Of a DNA stretch of 64,000 nucleotides, positions 9,438 to 19,053 are shown one piece after another (positions within the stretch are counted from its first letter, which is position 1; each line of letters begins with the position of its first letter). Below the pieces are notes generated by a model, which was given only the letters and a program-made list of their open reading frames with translations, had not been told where the DNA came from and did not search any database. Position numbers and translations under genes: made by a program. Source of the DNA: a virus. The stretch is from IMG/VR virus record IMGVR_UViG_3300037137_001341, positions 52,238-116,237 of that record; one strand, 5' to 3'.

Positions 9438-9761
9438 TCAGTCCTCGTCGTCGTCGTCCTCGTGACGCTCGCACCACTCGATGAAGCCGGCGATGGCGTC
9501 GAGGATGGTCTCGTAGCCGTCGTCGATCCGCAGGTGCTTCCTGAACTCTTCGCCTGACTTCAGGTCGACCTCTCGGATCTCGTAGCCACACGTCCTCGAC
9601 TCGTCGTTCGCTCCAGCGCCCTTCTCCCAGAAGAACGTGACGGCGACGTCCTCGCGACCGAGACAATCCTCGGCGCGCTCCGTCATGGCCTCCAGAAGCT
9701 CCGTGCCGACCTCGGCGTCTTCGAGGTAGTCCTCTTGGGGCAGGTGGTTGTTCGCGCGCAT
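9438..9761 (-). CDS. Small acidic protein
   Basis: 107 aa D/E-rich, starts MRAN. Confidence 0.65.
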   Translation of the reverse strand: MRANNHLPQEDYLEDAEVGTELLEAMTERAEDCLGREDVAVTFFWEKGAGANDESRTCGYEIREVDLKSGEEFRKHLRIDDGYETILDAIAGFIEWCERHEDDDDED

Positions 9762-9767
9762 GGACGC

Positions 9768-10424
9768 CTACCGGCCTCTCGCTCGCGATTCGTGCTGCGC
9801 CTTCAGCTTCAGCCTGTACCGCTCTCCGGCTGCGAGCCTACTCTGATGCTTCTCGTAGGCACTCGTGTAGTCCGACGGTGAACGGGGGCGGTGCTTGTGC
9901 TGATGCGACTCCCACGCCATGTACTCGGCCGGTGAGCGGTGCATGTTCTCCTCGTACCCCTCCCCAGGCACGTAGTACTCGTACTCGGCGATGCCGCGCT
10001 TCCCGAGCCTTCGCTCTCCCTTGCGCGACTTGCGCCTCCCTCGCCGTTGCCGATGCCAGTCGTCGCCTGGCTTCCGCGGCGCTTCCCTGCCACGCTGGTG
10101 CCGCTTGTTCGGCGTGAGCTTCTTCTGCCCCCACCAGGCGTACCCGAACAGGAGCCCGAGCCCGATGCCGAGCGCAACACCGCCAGCGACCACGCCCCAC
10201 GACGTCTCCTTGTACGTCGCCTCCGGGTCGGCCCCGAGCGCTGCCCAGTGCGGCAGGAAGTCATCCTCCCCCGGGATGCTCTGCCCGAGCCCGCCGATGC
10301 CAACGCGCATGGGGCCCGCACGCAGCGGGTTGATGCCCCAGCCCGGCACCGGCGCGTTCTGCCAGCCAGGCGTCGCGACGGCAAGCTCGTGGTAGTCGGC
10401 GTCAGGCACGTTCCAGTACGACAT
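9768..10424 (-). CDS. Membrane protein: GLG-motif N-domain, central TM, basic tail with LTPN/YEEN
   Basis: IGGLGQS, TM WGVVAGGVALGIGLGLLFGYAWW, R/K-rich tail. Confidence 0.75.
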   Translation of the reverse strand: MSYWNVPDADYHELAVATPGWQNAPVPGWGINPLRAGPMRVGIGGLGQSIPGEDDFLPHWAALGADPEATYKETSWGVVAGGVALGIGLGLLFGYAWWGQKKLTPNKRHQRGREAPRKPGDDWHRQRRGRRKSRKGERRLGKRGIAEYEYYVPGEGYEENMHRSPAEYMAWESHQHKHRPRSPSDYTSAYEKHQSRLAAGERYRLKLKAQHESRARGR

Positions 10425-10563
10425 CGTCTTCTCCTTCGTCCGACGCCATCGCGGGCACCGGGATCGTGTCCCGTTCGTTGTCGACGACCACGCCCCACTC
10501 CCAGGGGGAGGAGGCAAAGTCTTCCTGCGGCTCCTGGTTCTCCTGGTCGGGGTCCGGCGGCAT
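10402..10563 (-). CDS. Small acidic peptide
   Basis: MPPDPDQENQE...; GTGACT-17-TAGACT promoter-like element (10571-10599) 7 nt upstream. Confidence 0.45.
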   Translation of the reverse strand: MPPDPDQENQEPQEDFASSPWEWGVVVDNERDTIPVPAMASDEGEDDVVLERA

Positions 10564-10595
10564 GTGCCCCAGTCTACATGCCCCCTGGGCGCGAG

Positions 10596-10832
10596 TCACC
10601 TGCGGCCCCGCATCCACCAGGCTCCCAGGCCCACGGCCATGACCACCGCGGCGGAGATGACCACGGCGCCCCGCATGACGGCCATGTTGATGGCCGGCTG
10701 GGCCTGGTCCGAGGCGTCGTTGACCAGGGCCTCCATGGGCAGCGTGATCTCCGTGTCCTTCCCCCAGGGGAGGGGCAGGTCCACGAGGTACGTGATCGTC
10801 TTGCCGGGGCCGGCACCCATCGCTCGGTACAT
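10596..10832 (-). CDS. Small C-terminally anchored membrane protein, paralog of 11074-11460
   Basis: Shared GAGPG..TY.VD.P.PWGKDTEI and VGLxAWW. Confidence 0.8.
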   Translation of the reverse strand: MYRAMGAGPGKTITYLVDLPLPWGKDTEITLPMEALVNDASDQAQPAINMAVMRGAVVISAAVVMAVGLGAWWMRGRR

Positions 10833-10835
10833 GAG

Positions 10836-11069
10836 TCATTCCTCCGGTGGCGCGCCCGGAGGCACCCACCACGCTTCGACATCACAGTCGACGTCGCGCC
10901 ATCGCTGCTTGGTCACGCAGCCTCTGAGGAAGGCGTCCGTCTTCATGTGGGAGTCGAAGTACCCCTCCGCCTCCTCGCGCGTGTCACCCGCGAACACGTG
11001 TCTCACGATCGGATAGTCGTGCCCGCCGCCAGGCTCGTAGATGTCGACGACGAGACGCCACGCATGCAC
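10836..11069 (-). CDS. Small hypothetical protein
   Basis: 77 aa fills the gap in the operon. Confidence 0.6.
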   Translation of the reverse strand: MHAWRLVVDIYEPGGGHDYPIVRHVFAGDTREEAEGYFDSHMKTDAFLRGCVTKQRWRDVDCDVEAWWVPPGAPPEE

Positions 11070-11073
11070 CGCG

Positions 11074-11460
11074 CTACACGCCCTTCTTGATCCACCAGGC
11101 AGCGAGGCCGACCGAGAGGACCACCATGCCGGCGATGCCGAGCGCGGCCTTGATCGCGTCGTCCTTGACCATGTCGACCTTGGCGAACGTGATCTCCATC
11201 TGCTTCGCGATCTCGGGACGGATCACCTCGTCCATCACCTTCTTCACGAGCTTCGGCCCGTAGAGGTTCGCCTCGTCCTCCATGTCGTTGATGAGCTTCG
11301 TCTCCAGCGCGTTGATGTCCGGCGTGAGCGAAGCCCACGTGTCGGCGACCATCGCGTCGACCGGCACGACGATCTCCGTGTCCTTGCCCCACGGAAACGG
11401 CGCGTCGACCTTGTAGGTCTTCGTGGGACCGGGGCCTGCGCCGACGCCGTGGTAGCTCAC
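11074..11460 (-). CDS. C-terminally anchored membrane protein
   Basis: GTG start, SYHGVGAG..., PWGKDTEI, TM + KK. Confidence 0.8.
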   Translation of the reverse strand: MSYHGVGAGPGPTKTYKVDAPFPWGKDTEIVVPVDAMVADTWASLTPDINALETKLINDMEDEANLYGPKLVKKVMDEVIRPEIAKQMEITFAKVDMVKDDAIKAALGIAGMVVLSVGLAAWWIKKGV

Positions 11461-12098
11461 GCTGCCGCCTTCTGCTCGTACTCCCGCCGCAAGACCTCGT
11501 AGGCCACGTTGAACTTCTTCAGTCGCTCGACGTTCAATGCGCGCTGCCGATCGCTCTGCGGCCGGTCGGCGTTGTACTTCAACACGAGCTTCCGGTACTG
11601 CCGCTTGATCTGCTCCCAGTTCGAGCGCGGCGGCATCTTCAGCGCCTTGAGCGCCATCGCCACGGACATGCCGCCGGGAGCCTGCTGCGCCGGAGGCGGC
11701 GGGGATTCCTGACGGCCGTTGGTCCATCCCTCGGCGCGCTTCCTGGCCTTCGTCTCCCCGATGCAGACCTCGCAGATCGCGTCCGCCATGTAGTCCACGC
11801 GGGAATGTGCCAGGCAGCACGGGCGCCCGCACACGTCGCACTTCACGACCGCGTACGACCGGCAGGCTCGGGGTCTCCCGGTGCTCACGTCGGGCGAGGC
11901 GCAGGGCGTGGGGGACATGACGGCGAACGTCCACTTCGAGAGCGCGTTCTTCGTGAGATGCGAGCCCCACTCCTTCAGCTGTTCGGCGACCTCCTGAGCG
12001 GCGGTCGAGCTAGCGCCAAGGTTCTGCGCCATGACGGACGCGAACGTCTCCCACGGGATCTCTGCGGTGGCCCGCTTGAGGCGCTCGAAGAGATCCAT
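11457..12098 (-). CDS. Zn-finger + C-terminal J-domain-like protein (HPD replaced by NAD)
   Basis: CDVC..CCLAH..CEVC; WEQIKRQYRKLVLKYNADR...LKKFNVAYEVL. Confidence 0.8.
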   Translation of the reverse strand: MDLFERLKRATAEIPWETFASVMAQNLGASSTAAQEVAEQLKEWGSHLTKNALSKWTFAVMSPTPCASPDVSTGRPRACRSYAVVKCDVCGRPCCLAHSRVDYMADAICEVCIGETKARKRAEGWTNGRQESPPPPAQQAPGGMSVAMALKALKMPPRSNWEQIKRQYRKLVLKYNADRPQSDRQRALNVERLKKFNVAYEVLRREYEQKAAA

Positions 12099-12105
12099 CT
12101 GGCGC

Positions 12106-12801
12106 CTACGCCGCGGCAGCCGGCCGCGTCGCGTAGAAGGCGCCGAGACCGAGCACGGCCCCGATGCCCACGCCGGCCGCCATGCCCATCGGCTTGGTCT
12201 TCTTCCACAGGACGGCACCGAGGAGCCCCGCGACCGCGCCGCCACCGGCGTACATCGCGAGGTTCTTCTTGTCGTCATCCGTGAGCGGAGCCGCCGAGCC
12301 GAGACCGCGCAGATGACCACTGTGAACGACGGGGCGACGGGGAGGCCGCCGGCGCACCCTGCCGAGCCCGGCCGTAGCGCCTGCGTTGTACCAGGCGATC
12401 AGCGCCTTCTGGAAGCCGGCGTTCATGTGTGACCAGTCGTAGTCCGACAGAGACTCTGTCACATCGACGAGCATCATGTCGCACGAGTCCAGCTGGTTGA
12501 ACCGACCGAGCCCGTGCGCCTGACCCTTGTACGCAGACACGGTACACACGGAGATCCACCGTCCTGTATCCGTGTCGGTGTACCCACCGGTGTACCAGTG
12601 GTAGAGCGTGCTGCGGAATGTGTCCGGCAGCGCTTCCCACTCGCTGTCGTCCATGGCTTCCACTGCCGCGACGAGAGCCGCGTCCGTCCCGTCGCTCTTG
12701 TTGTACTGGCCGACGCCGCTGAAGTACTCGCCCATGCCCTTCATCCCGGGCGGCTTGTACGCGAAAAACTCACCCATTCCTGCTGGTGCTTGCTTGTACA
12801 T
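12106..12801 (-). CDS. Putative virion membrane protein with multiple GxG motifs
   Basis: GMGEFF, GMGEYF, HGLG, AGLG, LRGLG; two C-terminal hydrophobic segments. Confidence 0.75.
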   Translation of the reverse strand: MYKQAPAGMGEFFAYKPPGMKGMGEYFSGVGQYNKSDGTDAALVAAVEAMDDSEWEALPDTFRSTLYHWYTGGYTDTDTGRWISVCTVSAYKGQAHGLGRFNQLDSCDMMLVDVTESLSDYDWSHMNAGFQKALIAWYNAGATAGLGRVRRRPPRRPVVHSGHLRGLGSAAPLTDDDKKNLAMYAGGGAVAGLLGAVLWKKTKPMGMAAGVGIGAVLGLGAFYATRPAAAA

Positions 12802-12806
12802 TGGAG

Positions 12807-13856
12807 TTACCTCTTCCTTCGTAGAACGAGTGCGATCCCGAGCAGCGCCACAGCGCCGAGCCCATACATCGCCATGGTGCTCATCATCGGCGCGCTCGCG
12901 CCCCCGGTGTCCACCCGCGTGCCCTTCGTCTTGTCGGCCAGCGACAAGTACGGAGGCAGCACCGGGCCGCCGCCGCCAGCGAACCAGGCGTACAGGTTCG
13001 GCATCGACTTCTTCACGAAGTCCGGGCCCCCGCCCGCAGTGGTCGGAGCCGCCATGAGCCCGACCATGATCCCGATCCCAGTGGCGTTCGGGTACGTCTG
13101 CGCTCCCGCGGACGCGCTCACGGTCTTGCCGCTCATCACCGGGGACGCGGATACGATGTACTGCCAGAGCACGCTCGCCGCCGGCTCCCAGATCCCGCTG
13201 GTGTAGAAGTCGGGCGTGTAGGTCGCCTGCGCCGTCGTACTGAGCGCGAAGCCGCCGCTCGACAGCGCCATCAGCGACTTCACCTCGGCGAGCGTTGCCG
13301 CGTCACCGAGATCGAGCGTTATCCCGGTCACCGCAGCCGGCGCGCCTGCGCCGAGGCTTCCGTCATTGAACGCCCGCAGCGGGCCGAACGTGTTCATGCC
13401 CTCGTAGTGCGGCCCAAGGATCCCCTGGTTGTAGACCGAGATGGGCGTGCCACCGGCCTCGTCCGTATCTCCGAGCGAGCCATCGTTGTATGACCGCAGC
13501 GGTCCCGGCATCGAGGCGTCTGCCGGTGAGCCACCGACCACGCCGTCGGCGTACGCGAAGAGCGATCCAGCGGAGGCGTCACCGAGCCCGAGCGATCCGT
13601 CCGAGTACGCGAACAGCGGGCCAGGCATCGCGGACTCGTCCGGCGAGCCGCCGAACACGCCGTCCGAGTACGCCTGCAACGGCCCCTGCCCGAGCCCGAG
13701 CGATCCGTCCGAGTACGCGAACAACGGGCCAGGCATCTCGGCGCTTGCCGCCGAGCCCCCGACGACACCGTCGGCATATGCCTGCAGCGGGCCCTGACCC
13801 AAGCCGCCGGCGCCCTGGGTGATCTTGGTGCTTCCGAAATATGCGCCTAGCGGCAT
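12807..13856 (-). CDS. Putative virion membrane protein with N-terminal peptide repeats
   Basis: Repeats GPLxAYxDG(V/S) and DGSLG(LG); C-terminal TM + RRKR. Confidence 0.8.
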   Translation of the reverse strand: MPLGAYFGSTKITQGAGGLGQGPLQAYADGVVGGSAASAEMPGPLFAYSDGSLGLGQGPLQAYSDGVFGGSPDESAMPGPLFAYSDGSLGLGDASAGSLFAYADGVVGGSPADASMPGPLRSYNDGSLGDTDEAGGTPISVYNQGILGPHYEGMNTFGPLRAFNDGSLGAGAPAAVTGITLDLGDAATLAEVKSLMALSSGGFALSTTAQATYTPDFYTSGIWEPAASVLWQYIVSASPVMSGKTVSASAGAQTYPNATGIGIMVGLMAAPTTAGGGPDFVKKSMPNLYAWFAGGGGPVLPPYLSLADKTKGTRVDTGGASAPMMSTMAMYGLGAVALLGIALVLRRKR

Positions 13857-13885
13857 GTGTTCCTCGTTCCTGAGCCTACTCCGGG

Positions 13886-14113
13886 TCAGTCCCCTACGAA
13901 AGCCTCGATGCGGGGCCGCAGAAAGTACATGGCGATCCCGCCGGCTACGACGCCGACCCCGAGCCAGGCCCAGCCGGGCACACCGGCGCCGATCTCGTCC
14001 GCCCCGAGCCCAACGGCCCTCCCGAGGATCCCCATGGGGCCGCCCACGTTGTCCATCGTGGGCCCGAGCGCCTCGGCGCCAGCCGCAAGAGACCTCTTCT
14101 GCTGATCGGTCAT
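13886..14113 (-). CDS. Small membrane protein
   Basis: AVGLGAD; TM VPGWAWLGVGVVAGGIAMYFL. Confidence 0.75.
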   Translation of the reverse strand: MTDQQKRSLAAGAEALGPTMDNVGGPMGILGRAVGLGADEIGAGVPGWAWLGVGVVAGGIAMYFLRPRIEAFVGD

Positions 14114-14334
14114 CGGGACCTCGGCCTCACCGGATCACGCAGCACGAAATACCCGAGCACGATCGCCACCCCGAGGAGCCCGAGCGCCATCCGGTGCGCC
14201 AGCTGCACGGTCTCCGGCGACGGCTCCGTTGGAGCATCGCCCATCGCGCCCGAGCAGCCGCAGCCGCCCACGCCGACGAGCTTGCCGGACATGTCCCCGT
14301 AGGGAGGGACACCGGCGATGGCGACCAGATTCAT
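14110..14334 (-). CDS. Small membrane protein
   Basis: LVGVGGCGCSGAMGDA; TM + basic tail. Confidence 0.7.
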   Translation of the reverse strand: MNLVAIAGVPPYGDMSGKLVGVGGCGCSGAMGDAPTEPSPETVQLAHRMALGLLGVAIVLGYFVLRDPVRPRSR

Positions 14335-14336
14335 GT

Positions 14337-15254
14337 TCACTTCTTGTACTTCCGGTACATGTAGTAGCCGCCGCCACCCACCGCGAGCAGCGCAAGGATC
14401 CCCCACATCGCCGACGTCGAGGACGCCTGCGTCGTTGGCTTGTGGAACATCGGGATGCAGTTGCTGCCGACCAGATGTGATCCGGGCGGGCAAGTCGTCG
14501 CTACTGTCAGCGCCACGCAGTTGCCGTTCGCGTCCCACACGTACCCTGGTGAGCAGTCGCCCGCGCAGACGCTCGTGCCGTCCGTGAAGTGGAACGGTGA
14601 CCTGCCCGCTGGACACGTCACGCAGTTCCCGTTCGCGTCCCAGGCATGCTCCGGGTCACAGATCCCCGCGCACTGCCCCTTGAAGAGCGCGTGCCCCGGA
14701 GGACACGACGTCACCGCGCACGGCGGCGCCGCCATCAGCTTCGCCCACCAAGCGGGATCGTGTTGGCCGAGCCAGCAGAGGACGTTCCAGTCCTTGTTGT
14801 CCCCACCTCCCGCGTTGCAGTAGTCCCGCAGCTTCGCGAACTCCGGCGTGATGCACGCAGCAGGAGCCGGGAGTCCGGCGCCGGGACAGAACGGGAGCTT
14901 CGAGAGCGCGATGGCGGTCCACTGCGCCGCCGTGTCATTCACGCAGTCGAAGTCCGGGTTCAGCACGCGGCCATTGGCGCAGTTGGCGATAACGCCGGCC
15001 GTGTACGTGTCGATGCACGTCGGCGTCGGGCAGATGTTCGAGTCGGCAACAGAACACGGCGGAAAGGCGGCCAGCCTCCCACTCATCTTGTACTCGACGC
15101 CGAGCCCGGTCAGCGTTCCGCTTCTCTGAGCCGCACAGAGCCCGACCGCCTCGTCATGCTCCGCCTGCGAGACACACGTCGGCTCCGAGAGGGAGCGGAT
15201 CCCGCTGGGGGTCATCTCCAGGAGGCCGAGACCTGTCATCGATCGGTACGTCAT
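14337..15254 (-). CDS. Cys-rich C-terminally anchored protein
   Basis: MTYRSMTGLG leader; CPPG / CSPGYVWDANGNC modules; TM + RKYKK. Confidence 0.85.
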   Translation of the reverse strand: MTYRSMTGLGLLEMTPSGIRSLSEPTCVSQAEHDEAVGLCAAQRSGTLTGLGVEYKMSGRLAAFPPCSVADSNICPTPTCIDTYTAGVIANCANGRVLNPDFDCVNDTAAQWTAIALSKLPFCPGAGLPAPAACITPEFAKLRDYCNAGGGDNKDWNVLCWLGQHDPAWWAKLMAAPPCAVTSCPPGHALFKGQCAGICDPEHAWDANGNCVTCPAGRSPFHFTDGTSVCAGDCSPGYVWDANGNCVALTVATTCPPGSHLVGSNCIPMFHKPTTQASSTSAMWGILALLAVGGGGYYMYRKYKK

Positions 15255-15258
15255 CGGA

Positions 15259-15813
15259 TCACTTCTTCCTGAGCATCATGTACCCGAGGCCGAGCACAGC
15301 GACGGCACCGAGCCCGTACAGAGCCATGGTGGTCGTGCTCATGCCGGCCTGCGTGTCTCCGCCGCCGCCGGCGGAGCAGTGCGGAGTCTCCTGCGCCTTG
15401 TCCCAGTACGTCGGCGACTTGCTGGCGGCCCAGCAGAGCGAGTTCATCCCGGCCGTCGGCCCGTCGAAGAACGGGTACTTGTCGCAGTACGCGAGCCCCT
15501 GCAGATACGTTTCGTCGAGGCACGCCGGCATGCCACCGGCGAACGCCGTGTCGAAGCTCGGGCACCCTGGAAGGGCGTCCACGCCGCACTGATTCAGGTG
15601 AGCGCAGAGCGCGCTCCACACGGCGGCGCTCACGCCGGGGGGAGCCGGCTCCTTGGCCTTACATTCGGCGATGGCCGCGATCCAAGTCTGATCGAGGCAC
15701 GTGTTCCCGCCCTCCGTGGGGATCCCCTGACCGCACGGCAGAGCGGTCGCGTACTGCATGGCCTGCTCAAGCGTGGGGGGCGGTTCGGCTCCTATGCTGC
15801 TGTTTCGGTACAT
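15259..15813 (-). CDS. Cys-rich C-terminally anchored protein
   Basis: MYRNSSIG leader; YC...N.LCW motif shared with neighbours; TM + RKK. Confidence 0.85.
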   Translation of the reverse strand: MYRNSSIGAEPPPTLEQAMQYATALPCGQGIPTEGGNTCLDQTWIAAIAECKAKEPAPPGVSAAVWSALCAHLNQCGVDALPGCPSFDTAFAGGMPACLDETYLQGLAYCDKYPFFDGPTAGMNSLCWAASKSPTYWDKAQETPHCSAGGGGDTQAGMSTTTMALYGLGAVAVLGLGYMMLRKK

Positions 15814-15819
15814 GGCGCA

Positions 15820-16860
15820 TCACTTCTTTCTCATCACCATGTAGCCGACACCGAGTGCGACGAGCGCGCCGATCCCGAACATAGCCATGGTCGTGCTGCT
15901 CATTCCGGCTTGCTGCGTGCCGCCACCGCCACCGCCGGCGGACGGCGGGACACATGCGCCGGTGACCGGATCACGGGTGTACCCGTAGCCGTATACGGAG
16001 CAGTCGTCGGCCGGCAGGATGTGCTTGGTCGTGTCGGCCTGCAGCACGCAGGTACCGCTGGAGTCCCTGATGTAGCCGGTGTCGCACGGGGTCGGCAGCT
16101 TCACGTCTGCAACGCAGTCGCTTCCGACCAGATGGAAGCCCGCGCTGCACGTCTTGGGTGGTGGCGGCGTCGGCGCCGCTACAGGGATGCAGTTGCCGTT
16201 CGCGTCCCACACGTACCCTGGTGAGCAGTCGCCGACGCACTGGCCCTTGAACATCGAGTGCCCAGGAGGGCACGTCGTCGGGGCGGCGCCCGCAGTTGCC
16301 ACGCAGTTGCCGTTCGCGTCCCAGACATATCCCGGTGAGCAGTCGCCGACGCACACGAACTTCTTCGACGGCAGCATGAACATCGAGTGCCCAGGAGCGG
16401 CAACCGGAACGTCCATGAACTGCTGGTACAGATCCGGGAAGCGATGCAGCGTCCAGCAAGCCGCGTCGAGACTAGGGTTCCGTGGGTAATTGACCGGAAA
16501 CGTCTTGCAGTAGTTGATCTCGTTCCGAAAGACGGTCCCGACTTCCGACGTATCGGTGCATCCCGGAATCATGGCGATCCATGGCGCCGTGTCGATGTCC
16601 GAGCAGCCCAGCTTCTTGAACATGCCGCAGGTTCCGAGTGCAGCACGCGCATCCTGGAACTGCTGGTCGGTCAAGTTGGCCGGCTTCTGGCCGGTGTAGA
16701 ACAGCGACAGGATCTGGATCATCTGCGCGCTGAGACACGGCGCGTTAGCCAAGTCCGCGGGGCAGCCGTTCACTGCGATCCCGTAGAGCAGGTACGCGAC
16801 CTGATCCGGCGTCAGCGGGGCCTCGGCGGCCCCGAGTCCTCTCATCTCTCTGTACGTCAT
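15820..16860 (-). CDS. Cys-rich C-terminally anchored protein
   Basis: MTYREMRGLG leader; two CVGDCSPGYVWDANGNC modules; TM + RKK. Confidence 0.85.
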   Translation of the reverse strand: MTYREMRGLGAAEAPLTPDQVAYLLYGIAVNGCPADLANAPCLSAQMIQILSLFYTGQKPANLTDQQFQDARAALGTCGMFKKLGCSDIDTAPWIAMIPGCTDTSEVGTVFRNEINYCKTFPVNYPRNPSLDAACWTLHRFPDLYQQFMDVPVAAPGHSMFMLPSKKFVCVGDCSPGYVWDANGNCVATAGAAPTTCPPGHSMFKGQCVGDCSPGYVWDANGNCIPVAAPTPPPPKTCSAGFHLVGSDCVADVKLPTPCDTGYIRDSSGTCVLQADTTKHILPADDCSVYGYGYTRDPVTGACVPPSAGGGGGGTQQAGMSSTTMAMFGIGALVALGVGYMVMRKK

Positions 16861-17693
16861 CGCCGACGGTTCCTTGCCAGCTGCCGCGAGGCAGGCGTGT
16901 AGGAGCCGCCGATCCTGGGCGCCCGCTTCGACCAGAGCATGTACCCCAGCACCGCGGCTCCGAGGCCCACGGCGATGGGCAAGCTCAGGTTCGTCTTGGT
17001 GTCCACGGAAGGCGTCGTCGGGACGAGCTTGATCGGCGGCGCGGCAGGCGGCCCCGTCGGCACCGTGACCGGCGTCGCGATCGTCATCTGCGCCGTCAGC
17101 GCATCCTGGAAGGACGAGGTCGCCGGGGTCGAGCGCGTCGTCGAGCCCTGCGACGGGATCTGCGCCGCGAAGACGAGTGCACCACCGACGGCGGCGGCTC
17201 TCGGCGCGATGGTGAGCGTGTGCTTCGGCAGCTGGGACATGTCGATGCGCTCGCCCCAGTGGAGGAACGCAATCGTCGGGACGGGCTTCGCGTCGTCCTG
17301 CCGGTAGACGGCCTGCGTCTCGTACGCCTTGTACGCCGTCCCCTTCCACATTGCGTCGATCGACGCCTGCGTCATCGGGCCCTTCGTGATGATCGCTACG
17401 AAGGGCAGCGGGGAGCCGTAGGACAGCTGCATGGCCGCAGCGATCTGGTCGTCGTTCAGGCCCCAGAGCACGATGTTCGTGTCCGGGTTCGTGATCTCCT
17501 CCCAGGTCGTGTCGCTCGTGCGCGACGCCCACGGCGTGTACGTGCCGAGCACCTGGAGGTCCAGCGCCGTGGTGAGTTCCGAGAAGATGCTCTGCGCCGG
17601 CATGTCCCCGAGGGACGTGCCCGGGGGCGCCGGGATCATGCGCAGCGAGTCCCAGGCCGCGCCCGAGCCGCCATGCTCCATGTAGGAGGACAT
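16857..17693 (-). CDS. C-terminally anchored membrane protein
   Basis: GTSLGD near N-terminus, P/T linker, TM, tail ending LARNRRR. Confidence 0.75.
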   Translation of the reverse strand: MSSYMEHGGSGAAWDSLRMIPAPPGTSLGDMPAQSIFSELTTALDLQVLGTYTPWASRTSDTTWEEITNPDTNIVLWGLNDDQIAAAMQLSYGSPLPFVAIITKGPMTQASIDAMWKGTAYKAYETQAVYRQDDAKPVPTIAFLHWGERIDMSQLPKHTLTIAPRAAAVGGALVFAAQIPSQGSTTRSTPATSSFQDALTAQMTIATPVTVPTGPPAAPPIKLVPTTPSVDTKTNLSLPIAVGLGAAVLGYMLWSKRAPRIGGSYTPASRQLARNRRR

Positions 17694-17847
17694 CACCACG
17701 GGAGCCTCACTCGCTCGCCCGCAGAAGCCAGCCGGCCGCCGTTTCCCGAGCACGACTCGGCTGCCAGCATGTCCGACGCTGGAGCGGTTGCCGATGCCCG
17801 CCGAAAGAGCGACGTCGGCCGACTGGCCTCTACGGGTGAACGAAAAG

Positions 17848-18135
17848 TCACGGCTTGTACCTCGAAGGGTTGAGCCGCACGGCGGTATCCCATGCTCCGT
17901 CCCTGGAGATCAGGGCAGTCTCCGCCGCCTCCACATCTCCGGCGTCCTCCAGGTAAACGCGCATGTCCTCGAAGACACCAGACACGATCTCGAAGAGCTT
18001 TGATGGATCTCCGTGCAGGAGGTCCAGCGCCTCCATGACTCGCTCGTGCGCCATGTCCGACTTCGTCGGTGGACCACGACGGCTTTTCTTGCCGTGAATC
18101 CCAGCCGCCGGAAGCATCTTCATGTTCCTTTTCAT
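17848..18135 (-). CDS. Small hypothetical protein
   Basis: MKRNMK..., GGAGG RBS, coupled to the upstream gene. Confidence 0.65.
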   Translation of the reverse strand: MKRNMKMLPAAGIHGKKSRRGPPTKSDMAHERVMEALDLLHGDPSKLFEIVSGVFEDMRVYLEDAGDVEAAETALISRDGAWDTAVRLNPSRYKP

Positions 18136-19040
18136 CGTGGCCCTCCACCGAGCGACCCTGGACCACCGCTCGCGTTCGTCAGGGGCTTCATGCACTCCAT
18201 CAAGGAGTCGAGGTGAAGCTCCGGGATCAGCATCCCCGCGATGTCGTACTCGATGAACGCGATCGGCGACGGGATGGGCTGGAAGATCACGCACCGGACC
18301 TGCACGGTCTGGTTCGACCTCGCGTAAAGCGTGAACGGCACCGACAAGGGACCGTACCGCGTCGGCCGCTGCGGCAAGAGCGACGTACCGACGCCGGCCG
18401 CGCTCGCGAAGCTCGACGCCCCGGCGATGTTGAACGTGGACCCCTGCGCCGCTCCGACCGCTGCCGCGAGCGCGGGCGGAAGCTCACCCCCTCCGATCGC
18501 TGGCGTCGTGAAGGCCTGCGTGAACGTCTGGATGGGCACGGGGTCCAGCTGGTACAGCAGGTTCCCCGGCTGGTGCTGGTCCACGCTGATCTGGAAGCCC
18601 ATGATCGAGGAGAAGCGCCGGGCTTCGACAGGCACGGTGTCGCCAGCGTCCACACCCGAGAACCGGTAGATGTCCGGGCGGAGATCGAACAGGAGGAGCG
18701 CGAACGTGCTCGGCACCTTGAAGGCACCAAGCTCGAACGTGAACGGCGTCTCCGGGCTGACGTCGTCGAGGAACATGCCCTCCTCGGGCAGCCGCCGGTA
18801 CAGCTGCTCGAACGGCACCACCGACGGGTGCACCATCAGGGAGCCCAGGAAGCCACCCGCAAGCTGCACCCGATCCGCGTTGCACCCGAGGGATGTGCCC
18901 TCGCCAGGGTACGGCGCCGGGGGCGGAGCATCGCCCAGCCCCGGTCGCAGGTACTGCGCGGGGCGCGCGGGCGGCTGGACCGAAGGAAGGCCCAGCCCCG
19001 CGATCTGCCTTGCTGAAAGGTGCAGAGGGGGCTGGTTCAT
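18132..19040 (-). CDS. Putative minor capsid/penton-like beta-sandwich protein
   Basis: N-terminal IAGLG / PGLGD arm then alternating hydrophobic strands; GGAGG RBS; follows capsid candidates. Confidence 0.5.
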   Translation of the reverse strand: MNQPPLHLSARQIAGLGLPSVQPPARPAQYLRPGLGDAPPPAPYPGEGTSLGCNADRVQLAGGFLGSLMVHPSVVPFEQLYRRLPEEGMFLDDVSPETPFTFELGAFKVPSTFALLLFDLRPDIYRFSGVDAGDTVPVEARRFSSIMGFQISVDQHQPGNLLYQLDPVPIQTFTQAFTTPAIGGGELPPALAAAVGAAQGSTFNIAGASSFASAAGVGTSLLPQRPTRYGPLSVPFTLYARSNQTVQVRCVIFQPIPSPIAFIEYDIAGMLIPELHLDSLMECMKPLTNASGGPGSLGGGPR

Positions 19041-19053
19041 GCGTGCCTCCGCT

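Noticed and set aside
14517-16347. Repeated Cys-module DNA as a possible diversity-generating retroelement TR/VR pair
   Set aside because: No reverse transcriptase in the window; copies are identical or differ largely at synonymous sites, not adenine-specifically
12807-16860. C-terminal TM + basic tails as sortase, PEP-CTERM or MYXO-CTERM signals
   Set aside because: No LPxTG/PEP/Cys signature, no N-terminal signal peptides and no sortase in the window; treated as plain anchors
17693-17851. Possible small ORF in the gap between structural genes
   Set aside because: No convincing RBS or protein-like composition
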